From IMG/VR virus record IMGVR_UViG_3300026484_000007, positions 62,001 to 126,000 of that record: a DNA stretch of 64,000 bases; one strand, given 5' to 3'. The translations under genes and the position numbers were made by a program. The notes beneath the pieces were generated by a model that was given only the letters and a program-made list of their open reading frames with translations, did not search any database and had not been told where the DNA came from. Shown here one piece after another: positions 20,979-30,836 of the stretch. Each line of letters starts with the position of its first letter. The stretch's first letter is position 1.

Positions 20979-21417
20979 TTTGAAATTCCTCCTTTAATTT
21001 CTTAAATTTTTTTTCTTTTTCTTCATATAAATAATCGGCAAAAACACTTAAAAATAATAAAGCGTTTTCTCTCTCTTTAAAATAAAAGGAAATAATATTT
21101 AAATTTCCAGAATACTTTAAAGCGCTTAATGCTTTAATTGTTAAGAATCCAACTATATAACCAGAATCATCTATATCTAGTCGATAAATACTTGGATCTA
21201 AATTCATTTCAATGTATTCTTTTGATCCTTTGGAGATCACTAACTCAATTACCTCTAAATCTAATGGATCAATTAATTTATTACCGAGAACGAAAAGTTT
21301 TTCATTTTCGGTATTTTTATAAATAATGTAATCTTCAATTTTAGATATAGGGATTAAAACCCCTTGTTCTTTTAACGTCTCAATTTTTTCAACTGTTTCT
21401 TTATCACGAATTATCAT
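20935..21417 (-). CDS. Hypothetical protein
   Basis: 160-aa ORF with AAGGAG RBS. Confidence 0.6.
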   Translation of the reverse strand: MIIRDKETVEKIETLKEQGVLIPISKIEDYIIYKNTENEKLFVLGNKLIDPLDLEVIELVISKGSKEYIEMNLDPSIYRLDIDDSGYIVGFLTIKALSALKYSGNLNIISFYFKERENALLFLSVFADYLYEEKEKKFKKLKEEFQNVSNEEESGTASSD

Positions 21418-21418
21418 A

Positions 21419-22807
21419 TCACTCCTTTCTTTCTAAATTTTCTAAAGCTTTTTTTCTGAGAATACAACTACCACATTCACCACATGGTTCTCCATTTTTA
21501 GGATAATAACATGAGAATGATAAATTAAGAATTTCATAAAATTTATTTTTACCAAATTCTTTTACGAATTCTTTGATCATATTTGTCTTCGTTCTATTGA
21601 TATATGGAGCTTTCATCCCAAACCCCGTGAAGAATTTTCCACCATGATTTAATACATTTTCCATATTATCCATCCAAGCAGAATTATTATCACCGAAAAC
21701 TTGTCCTTCTGATAAATTTAATCCGAAGACAATTAATCCTAAACTTACTCCATCTTTTTCTGCGATAGATTTAATTATTTCTGCAAAAATAGAATTTCTA
21801 AAAGGAATATAACTTAAATTTTCTTCAGTTTCTCTTTCATCACCTTTTGATGATTTATCCGTAAGTTTTAAGTTAGTATCTAAAATAGATGCTAATCCAT
21901 TAATTATATTTTTTACATCAATAATTCTGAAAGAATATTGATAATCTGGAAAGTCTTTTTTTACTAATTCAATAAACTTTTCAGTAGCAGCAATTTCTTC
22001 TTGAGTACTATTATTACCATAATCAAAATAAATAAAATTAATTTTGATTGCATCTTCATTGAAAATCAACGAAATGTGTTTTTCGATTTCATCAATTACT
22101 TTATAAGCACTTAATGAAATATCCATTCCACCACTAAAACTTATATAAATATTTTTATATACGTCTGATGGCCTATCGCAATGAGCTTCTGTTTTTATAA
22201 ATACACCATCCTTAAAATTAAATTGTGGATCCATGCTATAAATTTTTAAATTTTCGTGTTCATGTTTCCAAAGACCCATTCCTTTATTGACGATATTGTA
22301 TTCGTCGAAATCTGGGAAAATCTCAAGATATGTATATAATCCTTTAATGAAATTTTCTGGTAAATCAGAATGAAACATTATTGCTTCAGTATCAACTGTT
22401 AATTCTTTATTTAATTTTTTTTCAACTTCTTTATCATTCGAAATTGTTCCATGAACCCAATACCAATCATGTTCATTGATAAATGGAGGCATTGTTTCTA
22501 ATCCAGATTTTTCCATTTCAGGTTTCTGTCTAGAAAATAATACTAAGTGACATTTTTGAAATAAAAAAAGCGATTGTTTTTTTAATTCTTCAAAAATTTT
22601 ATCAAAAAAATCATTGTACGTATCTTCAAAAGATTCGCCTTTGCTGATTATAGATTTATAACTACTATACGGATTTCCTAACCACAATAATGTGAAAGAA
22701 TAACCATCTCCACCTTTTTTATTCAATTCATATTCTAATAATTTTTTATTAGATAATAAATCCATTATATTCTTAATTTGATCATTGCTGTAAAGTATTT
22801 GACACAT
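21419..22807 (-). CDS. queC: Gat-QueC: Ntn glutamine amidotransferase domain fused to 7-cyano-7-deazaguanine synthase
   Basis: N-terminal M-C, HGTISN and VDTE in the GATase-II part; SFSGGMD PP-loop, YIPFRN, SCY..PCGECGSC..R. Confidence 0.88.
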   Translation of the reverse strand: MCQILYSNDQIKNIMDLLSNKKLLEYELNKKGGDGYSFTLLWLGNPYSSYKSIISKGESFEDTYNDFFDKIFEELKKQSLFLFQKCHLVLFSRQKPEMEKSGLETMPPFINEHDWYWVHGTISNDKEVEKKLNKELTVDTEAIMFHSDLPENFIKGLYTYLEIFPDFDEYNIVNKGMGLWKHEHENLKIYSMDPQFNFKDGVFIKTEAHCDRPSDVYKNIYISFSGGMDISLSAYKVIDEIEKHISLIFNEDAIKINFIYFDYGNNSTQEEIAATEKFIELVKKDFPDYQYSFRIIDVKNIINGLASILDTNLKLTDKSSKGDERETEENLSYIPFRNSIFAEIIKSIAEKDGVSLGLIVFGLNLSEGQVFGDNNSAWMDNMENVLNHGGKFFTGFGMKAPYINRTKTNMIKEFVKEFGKNKFYEILNLSFSCYYPKNGEPCGECGSCILRKKALENLERKE

Positions 22808-22880
22808 TTTTTTCTCCTTTTGATTTTAATTTTTTAAAATACTTAAATACTTAAAACGCTTAAAACAAAAGAGATCTTTT

Positions 22881-24809
22881 TTAGATCTCTTTTTGCTCTT
22901 CTTCAATTTCTTCATTTTCTTCATCAGATAAAATGAATAAACCTCTTGCATGAATACTTAATGAATCATATGCTCCAGTTTTAAAAACTGAATTTTTAAA
23001 ATTTACTGCATAAATTTTTTCACCAGTATTTATTTCTTTTACTTCTTTTACATGAATTCCTCTATGTTTTCTTGCAGTCGCAAGAATTCCATGAGTTTCA
23101 AGATATTTTTTATCTTCTTCCAAAAGCTTTTCTAATCTTTCAGATTGTAATCTTAATTTTAAAGTATTAGGTTCTCTTTTAGATACAACATGATAGTATC
23201 TGAAATCTTCATCAATAACCATAGCTCTTAGACCAGTATCTTTTCCTCCAAAATCAGCATCTCCATTTAAATTAAAAACTCTAGAATTTTCATCCCCGTA
23301 ATTATATGGAAGCCAATCTACGTTTCTATGTCCATGAATTTGAAATTGATTTTCTTTAGTATGTTTTTCCCAAGTTTTTTTGATAACTTGCTCATCTCCA
23401 TATTTACCAATTCCTCTGATAATTTCTTCAGTTTTTAAAAAGATTTTTGGCGGCTGAATAATTCCTCCATGAGTAAATAAAATTTCTTTTCCTTTGAAAT
23501 CTATCCAAGCCATTTGAGCTAATTTAGAATAAAAATCTTTAATTGCTTTTAATTCTTTATCTTTATAATTTTCATAGATAAAATAAAAGGTTTTTCTTGT
23601 TTGTATTGAAATTAACCTTCTTAATTCTTTATCATAGTATTCTTCGATCTTTAAAAGATTAAATTTTATTCTTTCTAGTTTTTTAAGATTTTCATTGTAA
23701 GATCTAACATCTCTATAAATTTGAATAATTGAATCAAATATATCTGGATCAGATTCTTTGATTACATCTAAATTAAAATATTTTTGAAGTTTGTCTTTAG
23801 ACCAATCTTTTTTTAAATTAAAAAGAACGTTTTTAATTACTGACAGATCTTTTGGATCTGCAAAAGAACTTAAATGTTTTTCTTCGAAAAGTTCTTTATT
23901 TACCTCGAATCTTTTTTCGATCTCTTTTAACTTTTCATTAATTGATTTGATTATAGATTTATAATCATCAATTTTAGATTTAGCATCAATGTACTCATTG
24001 AAATATGTAAATCCTAATTCATGATTTCCTTGTAATAGCATTACATTTTCGTATTGAAAAATTTCCATAAAGAAATCAATTGTCTTCTTAAGATTTTCTT
24101 CGTCTGGAGCTCTATCAAAATAGTCTCCTAAAAATATCCAAAAATAATTAGGATCTTTTATAGATTCAATATTTTCTTCTTTTTTAATTTTATTAATTAA
24201 CTCTTCTAATTCATCGTAACAACCATGAACATCTCCGATAGCAATTACTTTTTGATATTGATTAAAATCAAATGATTTTTCTTTAGATTCTTTCCATTTA
24301 GAAAATTCATCCGGTTTAATTACTTCAACCCAACTTGGAATGTTTTGAGTTCTTTGTCTTTCAAAAATATTTTTAATTGCTTCTTCTGGAACATATTTAT
24401 GTGGTTCAAAAGATTCTAATCTTGATTTATTTCTTTTTAAAATTTCTTCTAAAGAAAGATCTCTGAAGTCAACTAAAGTTACTCTGTATCTGTATTTTTT
24501 AGCTAACTGTCTATATCTATTAATTAATTTAGAAGAACTATGAGTAGCATCGATTACCGTAAAATCTCCTCTCTTCATTCTTTCTTCTAAAAACGCAAAA
24601 ACAAGTTCCCAAACCCTTTTATCGTTTTTTGAGGAAATTGTTTTTATTAGAGAGTCTGGTTGAGAAACCGGACTCTCCATTTTAAGTCTAATATCATCTG
24701 GTTCAATAGCAAATGGTCTAAGACCATTTTTATTAATCCAAGTACTTTTGCCTGATCCAGGCGCCCCACATGTTAAAATTAAATTTCTCATTTTTCTCCT
24801 TTTTTCCAA
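22881..24809 (-). CDS. Polynucleotide kinase (AAA_33)-metallophosphoesterase with truncated RNA-ligase-like start
   Basis: GAPGSGKST, VIDATH; GDVHG, GDYFDR, GNHE, THGG, HGH; C-terminal NF..VF..ARGLF. Probable start 24791. Confidence 0.85.
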   Translation of the reverse strand: MEKRRKMRNLILTCGAPGSGKSTWINKNGLRPFAIEPDDIRLKMESPVSQPDSLIKTISSKNDKRVWELVFAFLEERMKRGDFTVIDATHSSSKLINRYRQLAKKYRYRVTLVDFRDLSLEEILKRNKSRLESFEPHKYVPEEAIKNIFERQRTQNIPSWVEVIKPDEFSKWKESKEKSFDFNQYQKVIAIGDVHGCYDELEELINKIKKEENIESIKDPNYFWIFLGDYFDRAPDEENLKKTIDFFMEIFQYENVMLLQGNHELGFTYFNEYIDAKSKIDDYKSIIKSINEKLKEIEKRFEVNKELFEEKHLSSFADPKDLSVIKNVLFNLKKDWSKDKLQKYFNLDVIKESDPDIFDSIIQIYRDVRSYNENLKKLERIKFNLLKIEEYYDKELRRLISIQTRKTFYFIYENYKDKELKAIKDFYSKLAQMAWIDFKGKEILFTHGGIIQPPKIFLKTEEIIRGIGKYGDEQVIKKTWEKHTKENQFQIHGHRNVDWLPYNYGDENSRVFNLNGDADFGGKDTGLRAMVIDEDFRYYHVVSKREPNTLKLRLQSERLEKLLEEDKKYLETHGILATARKHRGIHVKEVKEINTGEKIYAVNFKNSVFKTGAYDSLSIHARGLFILSDEENEEIEEEQKEI

Positions 24810-25261
24810 AATGATACTTCTTCAAAATAAAGACAATCATCGAAATCTTTTACGAATCTGTATTTCTCATCTAATTCGTATCTATTTTCGATAATGATAT
24901 CTTTATGAGCATATCTTTGAAGGATCATATCAATCCCAGTATTATAAATTCTCATGATCTTTTCATGATCAATGTCGATGATATTGTAATCATTAACAGA
25001 TTGAGAATTTTCTCCCGAAGCGTTTAAATCAATATTTAAATTAATATTTAAATCGCATTCTTCAATAAGTTCTTCATCAGTTGGTAAAACAATTTCATCA
25101 CTACCTTCTTTTTCAAAATCATAATCTCTAATGTGATTATACAATAATTCTTGCGCCGTCAAAAGACAAAGCGCATCTTCAGTTTCATCAGTAACGAAAG
25201 CTACTGTAATAATATCTTGATTTTCTTCCATTAAAGCTATAGCTCTTTGATTTTTAAACAT
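24788..25261 (-). CDS. Hypothetical acidic protein
   Basis: AAGGAG RBS. Confidence 0.6.
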   Translation of the reverse strand: MFKNQRAIALMEENQDIITVAFVTDETEDALCLLTAQELLYNHIRDYDFEKEGSDEIVLPTDEELIEECDLNINLNIDLNASGENSQSVNDYNIIDIDHEKIMRIYNTGIDMILQRYAHKDIIIENRYELDEKYRFVKDFDDCLYFEEVSFWKKGEK

Positions 25262-25288
25262 TCGTGCTCCTTTTAATTTTAATTTTAA

Positions 25289-27022
25289 TTAATTTTTAAT
25301 TTTTAATTTTTTAATTTTTTTAATTAATCCATCTTTAATTTTTTTTAAAGATAATGTTAGATTCTTGAGTAATTTTCTGTACTCGATATATACAAAGGAT
25401 TCATTTGCTATTGTTTTCATATATGATGTAGACTGTCTATCTGCATCATAACTACGACAAACGTATCTTAACGGAACCCTTTCTTCAAGCCTTATTTGTA
25501 CAATATCCTCTAAATTTTCTGAACTTCCACCAAACGATCTAATTTCGATCGGTTCCCCAACTCTTTCTCTTAAAAATCTTAAGATAGCTCTATTTTTTAA
25601 ATACGGTGAACATAACGAAAGAATTTTTTCATCGTAAGCCATATCATACTCTGGAGTTAATACCACTTTAGTATTTTTTAAAAACATTTTAATTAAAGGA
25701 ATATTAATAGCTTTATCATTCTGAACATTAAAATAATTCAGACGATTAAAAAAGTTTAAATTTGAATATATAGCGTTGTAAAATCTATTAACATTCGAAT
25801 CTGCAAGCACTTGTAAAACATTAAATGAAAATGGTTCTCCAGTTTCTTTATCTTTTAAATTTTCGGTCGTCTCATAATACGAAATCGAAATAAAATCAAG
25901 ATAGAATCCTTCAAAGAATCTATTTGGATTTAATAATGTTTTATGAGGAGAGTTTGATGTTTTATTATTAGAATGTTTTAAGATATATTCTAAAAATTCT
26001 TCTTTAATTCTAAGAAAAAATTTAAAATTTGATCCCTTATAACCATAACTTATTAAATCATAAAAATGATTTATTTTATTAGCGAAACTCTTTTTTCTGA
26101 AACTTATTTGATATGAGTTTGAGTTATTCGGGTCATTAGAATCGTTAGCTTTTTTTAAACGCAAATACCACGATTGTTTTATATCAAAAAATTTATATAA
26201 ATATTCTTTTTTAAAAAAGACTTCAAATATTTTTCCAGAATCAAGAACTTCTCTAATTTCTTTATCGTTAAATTTATATGGATACGTTTCGATCGTATAA
26301 TTTTCTGTTATAGCATCAGCATTTTTATATGGAACACGTTTAAAAAAATTTATATCATTTTCATCAACTCCATTAACTAAATTGCTAAAATCTATAATTT
26401 TTGAAATCTTTTTAAATTTATCTTCATAATATTTAAGAATAAAATCATAATCATCTTGAGGAACTATTGGAGCATTCATTGCATCTTCCATTTTTTTCTT
26501 AAAATCATTTTCTAAGAAATCATAAATTACTTTAAATAAATTCACTAATTTAGGGATTGAACGAATCGAATGTTTGTGTTTTGTATATCCATCTTCGTCT
26601 AAAATCTCAAATAAAACATTTGAATCTTTATTATCTATCTGCGTTACATATTCTGAAATAGATAAAGTAGTATTATTTACCGTTAATAATAAATGATATT
26701 TTATGCAAAAAATATCAGGAATATCTCCATTAATAATTTCATCTTTGAAATTATTGATATATCTTTTCATTTTTTCCCAAAACTCAACATATTCTTGTGG
26801 AAATGCATTTGCTGTTTTAAAAACTTGAAGTCGAGTATCGACTTTGTAATTTAATAATTCAAAATGATATTCGCTATATTTTTTTATATAAACCCCAATA
26901 TAATCTTCAGACCAAGAACTAGCTTTTCTTATTATAAAATAATCTTCTGGTATTCCTAATGAAGTAATTTCCTCATTTAATTTATCAATAAGTGTTTCTA
27001 TAGTGTAGTTTTTGTATAACAT
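25289..27022 (-). CDS. Hypothetical protein
   Basis: 577 aa, AAGGAG RBS. Confidence 0.7.
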   Translation of the reverse strand: MLYKNYTIETLIDKLNEEITSLGIPEDYFIIRKASSWSEDYIGVYIKKYSEYHFELLNYKVDTRLQVFKTANAFPQEYVEFWEKMKRYINNFKDEIINGDIPDIFCIKYHLLLTVNNTTLSISEYVTQIDNKDSNVLFEILDEDGYTKHKHSIRSIPKLVNLFKVIYDFLENDFKKKMEDAMNAPIVPQDDYDFILKYYEDKFKKISKIIDFSNLVNGVDENDINFFKRVPYKNADAITENYTIETYPYKFNDKEIREVLDSGKIFEVFFKKEYLYKFFDIKQSWYLRLKKANDSNDPNNSNSYQISFRKKSFANKINHFYDLISYGYKGSNFKFFLRIKEEFLEYILKHSNNKTSNSPHKTLLNPNRFFEGFYLDFISISYYETTENLKDKETGEPFSFNVLQVLADSNVNRFYNAIYSNLNFFNRLNYFNVQNDKAINIPLIKMFLKNTKVVLTPEYDMAYDEKILSLCSPYLKNRAILRFLRERVGEPIEIRSFGGSSENLEDIVQIRLEERVPLRYVCRSYDADRQSTSYMKTIANESFVYIEYRKLLKNLTLSLKKIKDGLIKKIKKLKIKN

Positions 27023-27059
27023 TCTTTCTCCTTTTAATTTTTAATTTTTTTTGAAAAAT

Positions 27060-27170
27060 AAAAAGGATCTAAAAAAGATCCTTTAATAAAAAGGATCTAA
27101 AAAAGATCCTTTAATAAAAAGGATCTAAAAAAGATCCTTTAATAAAAAGGATCTAAAAAAGATCCTTTTT
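27060..27170. repeat. 28-bp tandem repeat x4 (aaaaaggatctaaaaaagatcctttaat)
   Basis: ggatct at 27065, 27093, 27121, 27149; each unit is a GATC-N7-GATC hairpin. Confidence 0.95.
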
Positions 27171-27177
27171 GACTAAG

Positions 27178-28932
27178 TTAAATAACTGGATTCCATTCAA
27201 TTTCAAAGTTATCTTTTTCAGATAGAATTCCTATGTCATCAATAAGTATACCTAAAACATCCGAAGGATCTTCATGAATTTTAAAAGCAATTTCATCGAA
27301 TCCTTGAATAAGTTCTTGATACACTTTTCTTAATACCGAATCTTTTCCATCTTTCATAAAATTACGAATCTCATTATAAAAATCTTTATCAATAATTAAT
27401 AGATTTCCTGATTCATCGTAAGTCAAAGTGTCTCTAGTTTCATCAGCAATTTCGACTCTAACTTCTAGATCTTCTTGATCTTCATATGCAGCTTCTGTTT
27501 CAATTACATTTGCCCATTGAATACTATGATATTGATGGTTTCCACTGATAAATAATGCAGCCCCAACAGGATGCATTTTTAAAGATATATTTTTGATCGT
27601 AATTTTAATTTTCCCAGATTTTTTTGGCTTATATTTATTATAAAGTCTTTTTAAATCTCCAGGAAATTTTTCAATTAAATCAAATAATTCCATTTGATTA
27701 ATATCATAAATACTTCTTAATTGAAGAACTTCTTTAATCTCTTCAAGAAAATCTTTTTCAGTTTGTCCTTGAAGGTTTGTAGCGATAGAAATAGATTCTT
27801 TTCTGTTTGCGTCTTTTCCTCCGAAAGCTCCGAATCCGTAACTAAGTAAATCCTTTGAATTTTTTGATCCATATGATTCATAGTCATATCCTGAATACAT
27901 TCCATATCCATAAAATGAATTTTCAATATTTTCAGGAATTACCATATCTTGTGGTTCGTATGATTCAAGGATTGCCTGCATAATTATTTCTAATTCTGGG
28001 ACACTATCTTGAATTCTAAATTTTTTTACTAACAGTTTAGATATTCTTTGAGTTTCTTGTCCAAAGAAAGCTTTAAATCTATTCGATGGTACAACAAATT
28101 CTTTATCTTGAAGAAGTCCTACCATAGTAGGAATTTCTTCAACTGTTCCAACGGCTCCTTTATCCTCATTAGTCGGATCCACCTGTTGGATATTAAAATA
28201 TCTACATTCTGTTGTAAATAGTTCAGCATCTTTATCACAATAAAGAACACTATCTACTTGATGTAAATCCTGTGCTTCTTTAACTCTAAAGATAACACCA
28301 GGATTAAGAGGATTGTTTCTAAGATCAGTTCCAGAGAACCCAAATCTTCCTGGGTGTCTATGAATTGACCCAACCTCTCCTTCGACGAATTTTACTTCGT
28401 ATCCTTTGTCAGTAAATAATTTTTTTGGAAATGCTTTAATAATTTTTTTAGCAATTTCCATCGATAAAGGTTTAATCTGTTCAGAAACTTGATTAACCTC
28501 TACAAGATTGAAATCTACGCTTCCAGTCGTAACTTTTTGTGGAAAATTAAAATATACCGTTGGAAACGTTAAAACTACAACTTCATTTTTATCATTTTTG
28601 ATTTTTATTTGCAGCGCTCTAAAGTGAAACTGAAATTCACTTCCGTGAGCAATTGGTAAACATTTTTCTTGAATTTTATTTAAAACTGCTTGTTTATGTC
28701 CTACGAATAAAAGATGATCATCTCTCGAACTCTCAGTTGGTGTACTATAAGATTTTGCTTGATAACCATAACTATTATCATAACTATTATCATAACTATT
28801 ATATGAACCTTTTGTATTTACTACATTCCCTGTATTCATTGTATTGATATTTCTCATGTTATTTCCTCCATCTTTTTTATTTTTTTTCTCTGCGTTTAAT
28901 AATGTTTTTTGTGTTAATTTATTTCTTGCCAT
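27178..28932 (-). CDS. JAB/MPN (JAMM) metallo-isopeptidase domain protein
   Basis: GSIHRHPGRFGFSGTD (HxH..SxxD), upstream Glu in HGSEFQF, PQKVTTGSV element typical of prokaryotic JABs. Confidence 0.75.
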   Translation of the reverse strand: MARNKLTQKTLLNAEKKNKKDGGNNMRNINTMNTGNVVNTKGSYNSYDNSYDNSYGYQAKSYSTPTESSRDDHLLFVGHKQAVLNKIQEKCLPIAHGSEFQFHFRALQIKIKNDKNEVVVLTFPTVYFNFPQKVTTGSVDFNLVEVNQVSEQIKPLSMEIAKKIIKAFPKKLFTDKGYEVKFVEGEVGSIHRHPGRFGFSGTDLRNNPLNPGVIFRVKEAQDLHQVDSVLYCDKDAELFTTECRYFNIQQVDPTNEDKGAVGTVEEIPTMVGLLQDKEFVVPSNRFKAFFGQETQRISKLLVKKFRIQDSVPELEIIMQAILESYEPQDMVIPENIENSFYGYGMYSGYDYESYGSKNSKDLLSYGFGAFGGKDANRKESISIATNLQGQTEKDFLEEIKEVLQLRSIYDINQMELFDLIEKFPGDLKRLYNKYKPKKSGKIKITIKNISLKMHPVGAALFISGNHQYHSIQWANVIETEAAYEDQEDLEVRVEIADETRDTLTYDESGNLLIIDKDFYNEIRNFMKDGKDSVLRKVYQELIQGFDEIAFKIHEDPSDVLGILIDDIGILSEKDNFEIEWNPVI

Positions 28933-29027
28933 AAGTTTCTCCTTGTTTTTTTAATTTTTTTTATTTTTTAAATTTCTTCGGTATTTATAATGCGCCCCAA
29001 AGATAAAGCTAAAGCTTGGCGCATGCA
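28933..29027 (-). promoter_or_regulatory. Shared leader A (GCGCC hairpin, TATAAATA, A-tracts, AAGGAG)
   Basis: Near-identical to 30719-30801 and 31974-32060. Confidence 0.8.
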
Positions 29028-29129
29028 AAAAGAATAATAATTATTCATGAAATTAATGGAGAGTTTCGTCCGTAAGTTTTTAATTCTTTTAATTAACTTT
29101 TTAATTAAAGAGATCTAAAAAAGATCTCT

Positions 29130-29210
29130 TTAAAAGTCATTTTGATATCCTAGCATATTTAACCAGCTAAGAAAAATCAAAATCATTAGTATTTCTCCCA
29201 TTAATTCCAT
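29130..29210 (-). CDS. Putative 26-aa hydrophobic peptide MELMGEILMILIFLSWLNMLGYQNDF
   Basis: Hand-translated; AAAGGA RBS; followed by a GATC hairpin. Confidence 0.4.
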   Translation of the reverse strand: MELMGEILMILIFLSWLNMLGYQNDF

Positions 29211-29255
29211 GTCAAATCCTTTACTTTTAATTTATTTTTTTATTTATTTTTTTAT

Positions 29256-29702
29256 TTATTTTTTTATTTCATTTTGAAACCATTGAACTCTTTTACCTAT
29301 CGGTAAAGGTTCTTCTGGCACTAATTTATATTTAGGAAGAAGTTTTACTAATTCTTCGTAGTAATCTCTTCCTGCTAAAATTAAAAAAGTGATCTCTGAA
29401 AGATCACTTTTGAATTTTTCTTTTAACTGAGTATAAACTCTTTGAGCCCATTCTTTTTTTTCTTTTGGACTCATATTCTTGAGTGTAACGTCGTACTTCT
29501 CAATCTTTTTGAATGGATGTAATAATCCATGTTTTGCTGAAATGATGAAAATTTCATCATTTCTCGGATCTAATTTTGCTTTTTGCAAAGCCCAATTCCA
29601 ATGAGCTTTAAAAAGCATACTTGGAGAGTATAATTTATACGCCTCCATTTTATTATTTAATTTCTTGCTAACGCAAGAAATTAAGGCTACCTGTTTCTCC
29701 AT
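29256..29702 (-). CDS. DUF6884-like protein
   Basis: LISCxxKK, A.xLY.xS..F, IISAKHGLL, YDVTL, LAGRDY, L.IG.R motifs. Confidence 0.7.
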   Translation of the reverse strand: MEKQVALISCVSKKLNNKMEAYKLYSPSMLFKAHWNWALQKAKLDPRNDEIFIISAKHGLLHPFKKIEKYDVTLKNMSPKEKKEWAQRVYTQLKEKFKSDLSEITFLILAGRDYYEELVKLLPKYKLVPEEPLPIGKRVQWFQNEIKK

Positions 29703-29704
29703 TT

Positions 29705-30718
29705 TTATTCTCCTTCAGATTTAAACACAACACCTGGCAATGTTTTTTGCCAAAGCATTTTTGTAACTTCCATAGCTCCGTATGAAAGTTCCTTATATCT
29801 TCTGTGGATTATTTCACTAAACCACATTGAGTTCATATTAATTTTTGATAGGGTTTGCCATCCTCTATATGTGTTATTATCATGCGAACCCGTACAAACA
29901 TTATTTTCACGTGAATCGTGGTTTGCTTTTAAGTTTCCACTAAGATTTCCTGGTAATGAAATTCCTTGAATTCCTCCACCAGATGTTTTTATCGTTCCCC
30001 ATCCAAAATACGGAAGAACCATTCCTTTTGAAATAATTTGGAATGGAACTATAATTGATGGAATCACCGCCTTTCTTTCGATTTTAATTTTTCCCGAAAT
30101 TAACGCTAACGAAAAAACATCGTCGAAATTTTTTTCTTCTTCAACGACGCGACTTGATAGTTTTGCTGTTTCAGTAAAACTATTCCAAGTATACGCAGCG
30201 ATAATTGCATTCAATTCGATTGCTTTATTGTATTCTTCAAGATTTTTTTCGACTTCATTTAAGAATTCAAAAATCATTACAGTCCCTTTTGTGTTTAATA
30301 ATTTTTCTTTTTTTGGACTTTTTAAAATTGATAATAATGTTCCAGGATGCATTGGATTGATTAATAATTCATCTCCATCTACATCTGCAATAAAAAGCAT
30401 TCCTGCGAATTTATTCGTAGTATCCAATATTTGAATTCCGATTTCTAGTGCTTTTTCTAAAGTCACTTTTAATTTAAGAACTTTATCTGATACATTATCA
30501 TAAAATGTGCCTGCTGTAAAATACTCAATTGAAGAATACGAATCAAATACATCATTGTAATTTTTTACAACTTCTATGATCTTATTCCAATCGTTTTTAA
30601 TTGGGATAACGATGTCTCCCTTATCGTTAATTATTTCTAATCTTTCTGTGCTTTCTTCACTTCCGTTTCTAAAATCATTAAATTCTTCGTTTAACACTGC
30701 ATTAAAAAATTCAACCAT
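29705..30718 (-). CDS. Putative prokaryotic E2-like (UBC-fold) protein
   Basis: Only Cys lies in SGNL..NNVCTGS..GW, resembling the Prok-E2 N..VC.G site; flanked by E1 and JAB genes. Confidence 0.45.
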   Translation of the reverse strand: MVEFFNAVLNEEFNDFRNGSEESTERLEIINDKGDIVIPIKNDWNKIIEVVKNYNDVFDSYSSIEYFTAGTFYDNVSDKVLKLKVTLEKALEIGIQILDTTNKFAGMLFIADVDGDELLINPMHPGTLLSILKSPKKEKLLNTKGTVMIFEFLNEVEKNLEEYNKAIELNAIIAAYTWNSFTETAKLSSRVVEEEKNFDDVFSLALISGKIKIERKAVIPSIIVPFQIISKGMVLPYFGWGTIKTSGGGIQGISLPGNLSGNLKANHDSRENNVCTGSHDNNTYRGWQTLSKINMNSMWFSEIIHRRYKELSYGAMEVTKMLWQKTLPGVVFKSEGE

Positions 30719-30801
30719 AATTTCTCCTTGTTTTTTTAATTTTTTTATTTTTTTCCTTGGTATTTATAATGCGCCCCAAAGATAAGCTAAAGCTTGGCGC
30801 A
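30719..30801 (-). promoter_or_regulatory. Shared leader B
   Basis: Identical to leader C over ~85 nt. Confidence 0.8.
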
Positions 30802-30836
30802 AAAACGCATAAGCGTAAAGTTTTCTAATTGCTTAA

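Noticed and set aside
27060-27170. CRISPR array
   Set aside because: The 28-bp units abut with no unique spacers, and no cas genes are seen
28768-28803. 12-bp tandem repeat encoding SYDN in the JAB N-terminus
   Set aside because: Ordinary low-complexity expansion in a probably disordered tail
29130-29210. 26-aa ORF as the missing ubiquitin-like modifier
   Set aside because: Too short and hydrophobic for a beta-grasp fold and lacks a C-terminal Gly
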